Assembly: GCF_036365525.1 (NCBI RefSeq)
Contig: NC_090382.1
Span: 33,401,298 to 33,465,297, forward strand
Length of the DNA stretch: 64,000 nucleotides
Reading direction: 5' to 3'
Source of the DNA: Heterodontus francisci
Lineage: Eukaryota
Shown here piece after piece: positions 11,788 to 23,700 of this stretch. The notes under the pieces are model-generated. The model made no database searches and was not told the origin of the DNA. It saw nothing but the letters and a program-made list of their open reading frames with translations. Each line of letters starts with the position of its first letter. The stretch's first letter is position 1. Both the position numbers and the translations under genes were made by a program.

Positions 11788-12575
11788 GGCCGGAGTTTTA
11801 CGATGGATGCAAGAGAGCCGGACTTCGACGTGAAAGTCGGTGGCGAACCCGCTTCCGCCTAGCCTGGGGATCCGTCCCGTATTTTACGGATCCCCAGGCT
11901 TTAATTGTCCTGAGTTGGGACTTCCACCCACTTGAGAGAGGAGGTCCCGCCTCAGTGAGCTGCCGGCCAATCAGCGGGCCGACAGCTCTTAGTCCCGCAG
12001 CACCACCGGGAGCGGTGGCCAGTGCTGGGACTGCAGCCAAGCCAACGCCATGGATCAAGGAGGGAAGGTAAGTAGGGCCACTCCTCATCAGTGGGATCGG
12101 TCCTTCCCTGGTGAGGCTGGAGTTGTCCTTTAGCGGGAGGGGGTGTCTTGGGTCCCGGGGGTGGGTTGGAAGGCGGGGGCGGCCCTCAATTGGGCACTCT
12201 GTGCCCGACTGCCAGGCCCTCCCCCCCGGGGCGTGGAAAGGCTGGCGGCTATCGCTGGGCAGCCTTTCACGTCCCCAGCACACCCGCTTGCCACGGGTAA
12301 CATACCCATGGGGGCGGGCCAGGACCCTTAAGTGGCCGTTAAGTGGCCACTTAAGGGTCTTGATTGGCCTTGGGCGGGCGGGCCGTTTCCCACCCCCCCC
12401 CCCCCCCCCCCGCCCCCCCCCCCGCTGCCTGATCTCCGTAAACTTGTTCGGAGGTGGAATCAGGGCGGGTAGGCCTCCCGGAGCCTGCCGCTCAACTTTA
12501 CACCGCTATCCCCCACCCCCCGCCCCACCTCCCACCTCACTATCCGACCCGCTGGGGCAGCGTAAAATTCCGGCC
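11788..12575. mobile_element. Non-autonomous PIF/Harbinger-type MITE (788 bp)
   Basis: TIRs GGCCGGAGTTTTACG / CGTAAAATTCCGGCC; 3-bp TSD TAT/GAT; CpG-rich; host CR1 is contiguous when it is removed. Confidence 0.88.
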
Positions 12576-12982
12576 GATAGCTTTCTTCCTTACTATCAAT
12601 CACACAACCAATTTTTGTATCATCTACAAACTTCATAATCATGCCCTCGACATTTAAATCTAAATTATTGATATACATCATGAACAGCAAGGCACCCAAT
12701 ACTGAGCCCTGTGGGGCTCCACCAGAAGCAGGCTTCCAGACACAAAAGCACCCGTCAATCATTATCCTTTGCTTCTGGCCATTGAGTCAATTTTGGATCC
12801 AACTTGCCACTTGCTCTTGGATCCCATGGGCTGTTACGTTTCTGACTAGCCTGCCATGTGGGGCTTTGTCAAAAGCCTTGTTAAAATCCATGTAGATGAC
12901 AGCTACCCTCATCGACCCTGTTTGATTGCATTTTTTGAGGAGGTAACAAGTTAGTCAGACATGATCTTTGCTTAACAAATCT

Positions 12983-13334
12983 TAGTTTAGTTTAGAGATA
13001 CAGCACTGAAACAGGCCCTTCGGCCCACCGAGTCTGTGCCGACCATCAACCACCCATTTATACTAATCCTACACTAATCCCATATTCCTATCACATCCCC
13101 ACCTGTCCCTATATATTTCCCTACCACCTACCTATACTAGGGGCAATTTATAATGGCCAATTAACCTATCAACCTGCAAGTCTTTGGCATGTGGGAGGAA
13201 ACCGGAGCACCCGGAGGAAACCCACGCAGACACAGAGAGAACTTGCAAACTCCGCACAGGCAGTACCCAGAATCGAACCCGGGTCCCTGGAGCTGTGAGG
13301 CTGCAGTGCTAACCACTGCGTCACTGTGCCGCCC
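12983..13334 (-). mobile_element. HE1-type elasmobranch tRNA-derived SINE
   Basis: Pol III A/B-box head GGCGGCACAGTGACGCAGTGG...GGTTCGATTC; (CTAAA)n tail; 7-bp TSD CAAATCT. Confidence 0.88.
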
Positions 13335-13664
13335 CAAATCTATGCTGACTGTCCTTGATTAAACTGTGCCTTTCTGAATGACGATTTATACTGTCCCTCA
13401 GAATATTTTCCAATAATTTGCCCATCACTGAGGTTAAACATACTGGCCTGTAATGACTCGATCTATCCCTCCCACCCTTTTTAAACAGCAGTATAACTCT
13501 GGTCCTCTGGCACCACTGTAGCCAGAGAGAATTGGAAAATGGTGGTCAGTGCTTCCGCTATTTCCTCCCGGAGCAACCTGGGATAGATTTCATTCGCATC
13601 GATGCTCATGTTGATGTGTTGTTGGTTTACCAACATTTTGTACAAAAGCATTTGATAAAGTGCG

Positions 13665-14795
13665 ACACAACAGACTTTGTGAGCAAAGTTCTACCTCGTG
13701 GAATAAAAGGGACAGTAGCAACATGGATATGAAATTGGCTGAGTGACAGGAAACAGAGAGCCGTGGTTTAATGGATGTTTCTCGGGCTGGAGAAAGACTT
13801 GTAGCGGGGTTCCCTAGGGATCAGTATTAGAACCTTTGCTCTTCCTGATATATATTAATGACCTAGACCTTGGTGTACAGGGCACAATTTCAAAATTTGC
13901 AGATGATATGAAACTTGAAAACATTGTGAACTGCGAGGAGGATAGTGCAGAACTTCAAAAGAACATAGACAAATTGGTGGAATGGGTGGAAAAGTGGCAG
14001 ATGAAATTTAATGCAGAGAAGTGTGAAGTGATTCATTTTGGTAGGAAAAACATAGAGAGACAAAATAAAATAAAGGGTGCAATTCTAAAGTGGGTGCAGG
14101 AGCAGAGGGACCTGGGTGTATATGTGCATAAATCATTGAAGGTGGCAGGATGGGTTGAGAGAGCGGTTTATTGAGCATACACCATCCTAGGCTTCATTAA
14201 TAGGGGCATACAGTACAAAAGCAAGGATGTTATGTTAAACTTGTATAGAACAATAGTTCAGCCTCAGCTGAAGTATTGTGTCCAGTTCTGAGTGCCACAC
14301 TTTAAGAAAAATGTGATGACATTAGAGAGTGCAGAAAAGATTCACGAGAATGGTTCCAGGGATTAGGAACTTCAGTTATGAAGATAGATTGGAGAAGTTG
14401 GGACTGTTTTCCTTGGAGAAGAGAAGGTTGAGAGGCGATTTGATAGAGGTATTCAAAATCATGAGGCGTCTGGACAGAGGAGATAGAGAGAAACTGTTGG
14501 ATCAAGAACAACAGGGCATAGATTTAAGGTAATTGGCAAAAGAAGCAATAGTAGCATGAGGAAAAACTTTTTTATGCAGCGAGTGGTTAGGTCTGGAATG
14601 CATTGCCTTAGAGTGCGGTGGAGGCAGGTTCAATCGATGCATTCAAGGAGGAATTGGACTGTTATCTGAAAAGGAAGAATGTACAGGGCTATGGAGAAAA
14701 AGCTGGTGAGTGGCACTAGGTAAATTGCTTATGGAGAGCCAGTGCAAACACGATGGGCCAAATGGCCTCCTTCTGTGCTGTAACAATTCTGTAAT
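13665..14795 (+). mobile_element. CR1 LINE 3' fragment
   Basis: LFLIYINDLDLG...[49 protein letters not shown]; CR1 3' UTR. Confidence 0.9.
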
Positions 14796-15419
14796 TGTCA
14801 TGCCAACCTTTTAGCTGTTTCTTTAATAAATAATTAACTAAAACAGCTGGTTCAGTGGTTAATAAACACACTCTGCCACCCAGTGGTAGGACATGGTTTT
14901 GCCACTTTGATCCCCACATCTGCTTAGGATCCTGCAATTAGGTAGAACCTACGGCACAGAAAGAGGCCAACATGTAATTAAATACCAGTGAACTCTGAGG
15001 AACAGGGATACATGATTCATAAGAGTATTGTATTACTATCACATTCAATACAGCAGTAAGATGAATGGATCTTATGTAGGGTTGACCCTGAATGAGAGTT
15101 AGGGTGAGGAAAGTGGACTCATGGACAGATCATTTGATGCCAATGTTGCGTATTTAATTAGAAGCTGTGGCATTCCCATACCAGCTGGTTCTTTTTTCAT
15201 ATTAAGAAACTTAAATGAAGGACTAAGACCCATAAGTGCAGGACACCACTAACGTTGAAATGAGTAGGGGAGGAGATGAAATATGAAAGTTTGTTAGTTA
15301 TGTTAGTAGAGTGGTAATCTAGAGGCTTGTACGAATAATCCAGAGAAATGTGAGCTCAAATACCACCATGGCAGTTTGAGAACCTGAATTCAATTTTAAG
15401 AGCAGTTTAAGAATGAGAA

Positions 15420-16080
15420 GAGTGGGTCTAAGACTAGTATTTTAAACTTAAATAAGGGCAATTCTGAGGGCATGAAAGCAGAGCTAGCTAAACTGAACTG
15501 GCAAATTAGGTTATTGGATAGGTCAATAGAGATGCAGTGGCAGACATTTAAGGGGATATTTCAGAATACACAGAATAGATACATTCCAATGAGAAAGAAA
15601 AATTCCAAGGGGAGGACCCACCATCCGTGGTTAACCAAAAAAAGTTAAAGATCGTATCAAACTTAAAGAAAAAGCCTATAATTGCACAAATATGGGTGGC
15701 AGGTCAGAAGGTTGGACAGAATATAAAAAACGGCAAAAATTAATAAGGAGGGAAAAATTAGAGTACAAGAGAAAGCTAGCTAGAAATATAAAAACAGATA
15801 TGTTAAATATTTAAAAAAGAAGAGTTAACAAAGTAAGCATTGATCCTATAGAAAGTGAGTCTGGGGAATTAGCAATGGAAAATAAAGAGATGGCAGATGA
15901 ATTGAACAGGTATTTTGCATCTTCACTATAGAGGATGCAAGTAACATCCCAGAATTAGCTGTAAGTCAGGAAATGGAAGGGAGAAAATTACTCAAGAAAA
16001 TTACAATCACCAGGGAAGTGGTACTGAGCAAATTGTTGGAGCTGCGGGCTGATAAGTCCCCGGGTCCTGATGGACTTCTT
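15420..16080 (+). mobile_element. CR1 LINE internal fragment
   Basis: Remnants ending in KSPGPDG (aagtccccgggtcctgatgga). Confidence 0.75.
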
Positions 16081-16452
16081 GTTCAAAGAAATTTGAGCTT
16101 CAGTTCCATGTACCTCATCAATGAGATTGCAAGAGAACTTTAGGTCTATTCTTACATCTATAGCACAAATTATAGGGCTCTATTAAACATCTAAGGAAAG
16201 CAACAGAAAATGGAACAACTGTTGCCTGGTAGTTGCAAAGACAGCAAAAGACATGAGAGAGAAAAAGAGGGAAGAGGAGATTAGAAATGAAAACACTGTA
16301 CTGAAAGACACATTGTGGGCTCTATTTGCACAGAACCATATTTCCCAAGCTGTCCTGCACTGTGGTGAGCACCCTAAGTGTAATTTTCAATGGTTGGAAA
16401 TAGCTGACAAATTCGTCGATTCTTTTCCATCATTAATGAATAGTGGTACTCC

Positions 16453-17703
16453 AGGTGCTTCATCAATGACCTTCTTTCAATCATTAGGTCAGAAGTGGGG
16501 ATGGTCGCTGATGATTGCACAATGTTCAGCACCATTCACGGTTCCTCAGATACTGAAGCAGTCCGTGTAGAAATGCAGCAAGACCTGGACAATATCCAGG
16601 CTTGGGCTGATAAGTGGCAAGTAACATTCATGCCATGTGGGGGCGGCACGGTGGCGCAGTGGTTAGCACTGCAGCCTCACAGCTCCAGCGACCTGGGTTC
16701 GGTTCTGGGTACTGCCTGTGTGGAGTTTACAAGTTCTCCCTGTGACCGTGTGGGTTTCCACTGGGTGCTCCGGTTTCCTCCCACAGCCAAAAACTTGCAG
16801 GTTGATAGGTAAATTGGCCATTGTAAATTGCTCCTAGTGTAGGTAGGTGGTAGGAGAGTTTGGGGATGTGATAGGGAATATGGGATTAATGTAGGATTAG
16901 TATAAATGGGTGGTTGATGGTCAGCACAGATTCGGTGGGCCAAAGGGCCTGTTTCAGTGCTGTATCTCTCTATGACACACAAATGCCAGGCAACAACCAT
17001 CTCCAACAAGAGAGAATCTAACCATCTCCCCTTGACATTCAATCACTGAATCCCCCACTATCAACATCCTAGGGGCTACCACTGACCAGAAATTGAACTG
17101 GAGTAGCCATATAAATACCATGGCTACAACAGCAGGTCAGAGGCTAGGAATCCTGCAGCAAGTAACTCACCTCCTGACTCCCCAAAGCCTGTCCACCATT
17201 GACAAGGCACAAGTCAGGAGAGTGATGGAATACTCTCCACTTGCCTGGATGGGTGCAGCTCCAACAACACTCAAGAAGCTCGACACCATCCAGGACAAAG
17301 CAGCCTTCTTGATTGGCACCCCATCCACAAACATTCACCACCGATGCACAGTAGCAGCAGTGCGTACCATCTACAAGATGCACTGCAGCAACGCACCAAG
17401 GCTCCTTTGACCTCTACCAATTAGAAGGACAAGGGCAGCAAATGCATGGGAACACCACCACCCGCAAGTTCCCCTCCAAATCACACACCATCCTGACTTG
17501 GAACTATATCGCCATTCCTTCACTGTCGCTGGGTCAAAATCCTGGAACTCCCTTCCTAACAGCACTGTGGGTGTCCCTACCTCACATGGACTGCAGTGGT
17601 TCAAGAAGGCAGCTCACCACCACCTTCTCAAGGGCAATTAGGGATGAGCAGTAAATGCTGGCCTAGCCAGCGAGGCCCACATCCCATGAATGAATTTAAA
17701 AAA
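16453..17703 (+). mobile_element. L2/CR1-like LINE 3' fragment interrupted by a SINE
   Basis: ADDCTMFSTI, QQDLDNIQAWADKWQVTF, MEYSPLAWMGAAPTTLKKLDTIQDKAA; same tail as the 10567-11490 copy. Confidence 0.88.
16639..16975 (+). mobile_element. HE1-type tRNA-derived SINE
   Basis: GGGGCGGCACGGTGGCGCAGTGGTTAGCACTGC head; CR1-like tail GGGCCAAAGGGCCTGTTTCAGTGCTGTATCTC. Confidence 0.88.
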
Positions 17704-18052
17704 GGTACCAGAATGTCTTTTTCAAAAGTAAAAACGTATCTTTTTGGCAGGGTTTTGCACCAACTGCTTTTATTGCAGTAGAATTTCTTAGTAGTTGAAA
17801 GTAATTTTTTCCTCTGTAGTGACAAGAATAACTGAAGCTCAGTGACTTAAAGCAGTCCTTTCAGTAGTAATACCACAGCGGCCACGGGTTCAAGTAAACG
17901 GAGCTTCATAAACCCTGCAAGGTTTACATTGCGCACAGCCTAACACTTTTAACTCTGATTTTGCTTTAGCACCAGCCGACAGCTCCAGTGTGAGGGTAAA
18001 ATAAGAGATAAATAGTTTACTTTTTGTTCCATTATATTTTCCCCACCCCTTA

Positions 18053-19828
18053 GCCATTGATTCTCTAGCCAGCGGAAAAGCCCTTGGGAAGGACAGCATT
18101 ACCCCTGAAATAATCAAGAGTGCCAAGCCTGCTATACTCTCAGCACTACATGAACTGCTATGCCTGTGCTGGGACGAGGGAGCAGTACCCCAGGACATGC
18201 GCGATGCCAATATCATCACCCTCTATAAAAACAAAGGTGACCGCGGTGACTGCAACAACTACCGTGGAATCTCCCTGCTCAGCATAGTGGGGAAAGTCTT
18301 TGCTCGAGTCGCTCTGAACAGGCTCCAGAAGCTGGCCGAGCACGTCTACCCTGAGGCACAGTGTGGCTTTCGTGCAGAGAGATTGACCATTGACATGCTG
18401 TTCTCCCTTCGTCAGATACAGGAGAAATGCCGTGAACAACAGATGCCCCTCTACATTGCTTTCATTGATCTCACCAAAGCCTTTGACCTCGTCAGCAGAC
18501 GTGGTCTCTTCAGACTACTAGAAAAGATCGGATGTCCACCAAAGCTACTAAGTATCATCACCTCATTCCATGACAATATGAAAGGCACAATTCAACATGG
18601 TGGCTCCTCATCAGAGCCCTTTCCTATCCTGAGTGGTGTGAAACAGGGCTGTGTTCTCGCACCCACACTTTTTGGGATTTTCTTCTACCTGCTGCTTTCA
18701 CATGCGTTCAAATCCTCTGAAGAAGGAATTTTCCTCCACACAAGATCAGGGGGCAGGTTGTTCAACCTTGCCCGTCTAAGAGCGAAGTCCAAAGTACGGA
18801 AAGTCCTCATCAGAGAACTCCTCTTTGCTGACGATGCTGCTTTAACATCTCACACTGAAGAGTGCCTGCAGAGTCTCATCGACAGGTTTGCGGCTGCCTG
18901 CAATGAATTTGGCCTAACCATCAGCCTCAAGAAAACGAACATCATGGGGAAGGACGTCAGAAATGCTCCATCCATCAATATTGGCGACCACGCTCTGGAA
19001 GTGGTTCAAGAGTTCACCTACCTAGGCTCAACTATCACCAGTAACCTGTCTCTAGATGCAGAAATCAACAAGCGCATGGGTAAGGCTTCCACTGCTATGT
19101 CCAGACTGGCCAAGAGAGTGTGGGAAAATGGCGCACTGACACGGAACACAAAAGTCCGAGTGTATCAGGCCTGTGTCCTCAGTACCTTGCTCTACGGCAG
19201 CGAGGCCTGGACAACGTATGCCAGCCAAGAGCGACGTCTCAATTCATTCCATCTTCGCTGCCTTCGGAGAATACTTGGCATCAGGTGGCAGGACTATATC
19301 TCCAACACAGAAGTCCTTGAAGCGGCCAACACCCCCAGCTTATACACACTACTGAGTCAGAGGCGCTTGAGATGGCTTGGCCATGTGAGCCGCATGGAAG
19401 ATGGCAGGATCCCCAAAGACACATTGTACAGCGAGCTCGCCACTGGTATCAGACCCACCGGCCGTCCATGTCTCCGCTATAAAGACGTCTGCAAACGCGA
19501 CATGAAATCGTGTGACATTGATCACAAGTCGTGGGAGTCAGTTGCCAGCATTCGCCAGAGCTGGCGAGCAGCCATAAAGACAGGGCTAAATTGTGGCGAG
19601 TCGAAGAGACTTAGTAGCTGGCAGGAAAAAAGACAGAGGCGCAAGGGGAGAGCCAACTGTGCAACAGCCCCGACAAACAAATTTCTCTGCAGCACCTGTG
19701 GAAGAGCCTGTCACTCCAGAATCGGCCTTTATAGCCACTCCAGGCGCTGCTTCACAAACCACTGACCACCTCCAGGCGCGTATCCATTGTCTCTCGAGAT
19801 AAGGAGGCCCAAAAGAAAAAGAAAGAAG
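18053..19828 (+). mobile_element. 5'-truncated young RTE LINE with an uninterrupted RT + zinc-finger frame (ORF 18197-19765, open from ~18053)
   Basis: [64 protein letters not shown]; GAA-rich tail. Confidence 0.95.
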
Positions 19829-19856
19829 TATATGAAGGCATGAATGCTCTATTTGT

Positions 19857-20249
19857 CTTCTTCTGCTTTGGCCTCCTTGTCTCGAGAAACAATGGGTAAG
19901 CGTCTAGCGATGGTCAGTGGTTTGTGAAGCAGCGCCTGGAGTGGCTATAAAGGCCAATTCTAGAGTGACTGCATCTTCCACAGGTGCTGCCGATAAAATT
20001 GGTTGTCGGAGCTGTTACACAGTTGGCTCGCTCCTTGCACTTCTGTCTTTTTTCCTGCCAACTGCTAAGTCTCTTTGACTCGCCACACTTTAGCCCCGCC
20101 TTTATGGCTGCCCGCCAGTTCTGACGATCGCTGGCAACTGACTCCCACGACTTGTGGTCAATGTCACAGGACTTCATGTCACGTCGTTAAAGCGGAGACA
20201 TGGGCGGTCAGTGGGTCTGATACCAGTGACGAGCTTGCTGTACAATGCG
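19857..20249 (-). mobile_element. Short 3' fragment of the same RTE family, inverted
   Basis: ORF 19914-20177 matches the RTE C-terminus; flanking direct repeat TCTATTTGT (19848-19856 and 20250-20258). Confidence 0.92.
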
Positions 20250-20359
20250 TCTATTTGTATTATTTGTATTATGAGTAATAACGGTGCTTTCTTTATTCTG
20301 ATAACCACAGCAACTTCGCCACCACCTGTGATGGACAGTTGGGACTGCAAGAGCCAGGG

Positions 20360-20693
20360 CCAATCAGGTGAGCGGATGTTAGTGGGTGCGAGGGCGAGCA
20401 GCGTTGTGATTGGCTGGAAGAGCAGGCAGCACTGCGATTGGCTGCATGGGCTAACAGCGTTGTAATTGGCTGCTACCGCAAGGGGTGTTGCGATTGGCTA
20501 TGAAGGCGAGCGACATTGCGATTGGCTGCGGGGGCGAACGGCGTTGCGATTGGCTGCAAGGCGAGCGGCATTGTGAGTGGCTGCGCGGACGAACGGCGTT
20601 ATGATTGGCTGCGAGGCCGAGCGGCGTTGTGATTGGCTGCGAGGGCGAGGGGCGTTGTGATTGGCTGCGAGAGCGAGCGGGCGCGGGGGAAAG
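20360..20693 (+). promoter_or_regulatory. CDC23 proximal promoter: CpG-rich 28-bp tandem array of inverted CCAAT (NF-Y) boxes
   Basis: ATTGG at 20409, 20437, 20465, 20493, 20521, 20549, 20604, 20632 and 20660; AGTGG variants at 20381 and 20576; forward CCAAT at 20360. Unit consensus GATTGGCTGCGAGGGCGAGCGGCGTTGT, lying immediately 5' of the ATG. Confidence 0.85.
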
Positions 20694-20702
20694 ATGGCGG
20701 CG
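20690..20702 (+). promoter_or_regulatory. TISU/YY1-like start-codon element (AAAGATGGCGGC)
   Basis: One mismatch from the TISU consensus SAASATGGCGGC; contains the YY1 core AAGATGGCGGC. Confidence 0.55.
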
Positions 20703-20797
20703 CTGTGCGAGTTTCCCGAGCTGAAGGAGGTAAAACGGGGGCTGATGGTGGTGAGCAGCCTGTGCCGGGAGCGTGGCCTCCTGCAGAGTGCCAAGTG
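20694..20797 (+). CDS. CDC23: CDC23 exon 1 ([35 protein letters not shown])
   Basis: aagATGGCGG start context; RERGLL..KW motif; donor TG|gtgagt, phase 2. Confidence 0.92.
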
Positions 20798-23700
20798 GTG
20801 AGTGAGAGAGCCGGTTGGTGGGCAGGGGACCAGCAGCAGGTCAGGCTGGGGAGCAACTCCCCTCAGTTTTGATCCAGTGCACTGGCAGAGGCGGAGCCAG
20901 GCTGGGCCCAAATTCTGCATTTACATTACAGCTGGTTTGCAACGAAAATGCAAATGTATGTTTAGTCTTCTTTACCCTTTAAATATAATTTTCAATTCTA
21001 ACATCTCTATGAAGCTGTCATGCTCTTTACTTAGTTATTCCCTGTTCACCTGCAGCTGACTCCCAGTAATGATGTGAGGTTTAAAGCACATCTGTACAAC
21101 AGCCCTCAGCTCAGTCTGGATCTGTCAGAGCAGCTTGTACAGTCCTCTGCCTGGTGCCGGTGTATAGGAATGGCTACAGATTAGTTTGCCATGTACGGGT
21201 GTTCTAAAGTATAACTTGTTAAATGTAGAATACAAAGTTAGGAGTTGTGTATCTGTGTAGCCATTTGTTTTTATTTACAGGTTACTTTTTCCAACTCCGA
21301 GTGATTAACTTAAGTAATTAATTTATAAACCTTTGATTATTACTTGTATAAAGTTGCAGTGATAGTCTTGATCATGTCTTCAGCGCACAGATCTTTGTGC
21401 GTCAATAATAAGTCTCGTGGGTGATCTTTGTTTAATTTGATATTTGCTGTCGTCAAAAATTTTTTTTTTGCAAATTTAGCAGAATCCTTTTTGTTGAAAA
21501 AGTAATAGCATAAGAAATATTTCATAGCAGAAGAGCCCTGATTAGCTGCTCTCCTATCACCCCGCGTTTATGGTTTTTCAGGGATTCTGGTTGGGTCACA
21601 TTGAATCTTTTTATTTCCTGTCACTTTGGATTGGGAATCAGGTCAGGTTTTCTTTCTGCACTGACTTACAACCTGATTATCTGCCAATTTCAAATATCTA
21701 CCAGGGACTTGTTCATTATGGAGTAAAATCAAGGCTTTAACTGTTCATAGCCTATGTGGCACACTCTGATAGAGTGTTTATTCTCCTGCTATCCAAAGAG
21801 AACATGAGAGGGCTGGTGTGAATTCCAGTGAGCTCTTCATGATTATATTCTTGGCTATCCCTCGCAGGCGAGGATGATTGTCTTCCGAATCCGAAGATGG
21901 CTGATTCGAGATCTACAGACTTTATGGCACGTAGGGCATTTGTTGTCATTGGGATGTCTGGTCGTATATTATTAGTTCCTGTCATGGCTTGTTCTTTTTG
22001 CTGCTCTCGCTTTTCCTCTTTTTATCGTCGTTGGGCCTCAAAATGCTGGGATGCCTCCCACAGACCCTGCCACCATCTGGATCGGTCCAGGGCGATGGTC
22101 TCCCAGGAGGTGATGTCAATGTTGCATTTCTTCATGTTGGATTTCAGCACATTCTTGAAGCGTTTCTTCTGTCCTCCTCTGGTGCATCTGCCCTGACTGA
22201 GTTGGGTGAAGAAGATCTGTTTTGGGAGCCTGGTATCTGACATCCGACCTATATGACCAACCCAACAAAGCTGATGGCAGATAATCATAGCCTTGATCCT
22301 TGTGGCCCCTGCTTGTGAGAGGACACTGATGTTGGTGAGCCTGTTCTCCAGCTTGACATGTAGGATATTCCGCAAGCGGCATTGATGTGACTCCAGTGCT
22401 TTGAGGTGCCTCCTATACATTGCACATGTTTCGGCCCCGTACTGTAAGGTAGGGAACACAACCACATGGCTTGGTTTCAGTTTTGATGTCGTGACCTTCA
22501 AACACTCATTTCCTCAGGTGGCCACAGGCTGTATCAGCAGATTTCAGGCGATGCTGGATTTCTTCGTCAGTGTCAGCTTTCTGTGAAAGATAACTTCCAA
22601 GATACTGGAAGTTTTCCACATTTTCCAGACACTCACCATGAATCCTAATCAGTGGGGCTGGGGCCTGTGTATTTGGAGCTTGCTGATGGAGGACTTTAGT
22701 CTTCTGAATGTTGAGTGCAAGTCCCATCTGCTCGTATGCCTCAGTAAAAACGTCAATGATTCTCTGAAGATCTGTTTCTGACACAGCACTTACTGCAGCC
22801 TCATCAGCATATTGGTGCTCAATGACTGAAGTCGGGGTGGTCTTAGTTTTTGATTGGAGTTGTCTGAGATTAAATAGTTTACCGTCCATTCGATAATCTG
22901 CACTCCAACAGGGAGCTTGTCTCTAGTCAGATGGAGCATGGCTGCTAGGAAGATCAAACCTTGTTTAACTTCTGTCTTAACCTTAAAGGGGTCTGTAATG
23001 GGTCCGTTGCTAAAGACCACCGCTCATATATCCTCATGAAGTAGGCGAAGGAAGGTGATGAATTTTGGACGACATCCATACTTCAACAGAATCTTCCAGA
23101 GTGGCTCACGATTTACAAAGTCGAAGGCCTTTATCAAGTCAAAAAACGCTATGCAGAGAGGTTGATGTTGTTTGCGACATTTTTCTTGTAGTTGGCAAGC
23201 TCTGAAAATCGTGTCAACAGTGTCTCTTGATGGCCTAAACGCACATTGAGATTTGGGGAGTAGCTCTTCAGCAAGTGTAATGAATCAGTTCAGAAGGGTT
23301 CTTGTAATGAACTTCCCTGCAATGGAAAGTAGGGAGATGCCTCTGTAATTTCCACAGTTGGGTTTGTCCCCTTTCTTGAAGATTGTTACAATCATGGAGT
23401 CCTTGAAATCATTCGGGACTTCCTCTTCATTCCCGATCTGTAGGATGAGGGCGTGGAGCTGTAATGTTAGTTCCTCTCCTCTGTGCGTAAAGACTTCAGG
23501 GATTCCGTCACCACCTGCCGCTTTGTTGTTGTTCATTTGTGTGATGGCTTTCATCACCTCCATCGGCATTAGTGGAGTTCCGAGCTCGTCTCTAACTGGA
23601 TGTTGTGGGATGGAATTGAAAACACCCTCATCAACAATGGGTTCTTGATTGAAAAGGTCTTCAAAATGCTCCCTCTAACAGGTGTTGCCAGCTTCCCTTT

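Larger units (their letters stand above)
11491..13590 (-). mobile_element. CR1 LINE RT fragment interrupted by a MITE and a SINE
   Basis: ORF remnants GAPQGSVLGALLFMMYINNLD, KFVDDTKIG, DLGVHVHRSLK. Confidence 0.85.

Noticed and set aside
12393-12423. Long poly-C tract
   Set aside because: Homopolymer expansion inside the MITE; its length is unreliable in sequencing.
16639-16710. tRNA genes (also at 13260-13334, 59110-59185 and 10490-10565)
   Set aside because: These are tRNA-derived SINE heads continuing into SINE bodies and LINE-like tails, with no complete cloverleaf or terminator.
20381-20690. CRISPR-like array (conserved repeats with variable intervening sequence)
   Set aside because: The intervening segments are diverged copies of one another rather than unique spacers, the period is only 28 bp, the context is vertebrate, and there are no cas genes. 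It is a promoter minisatellite.
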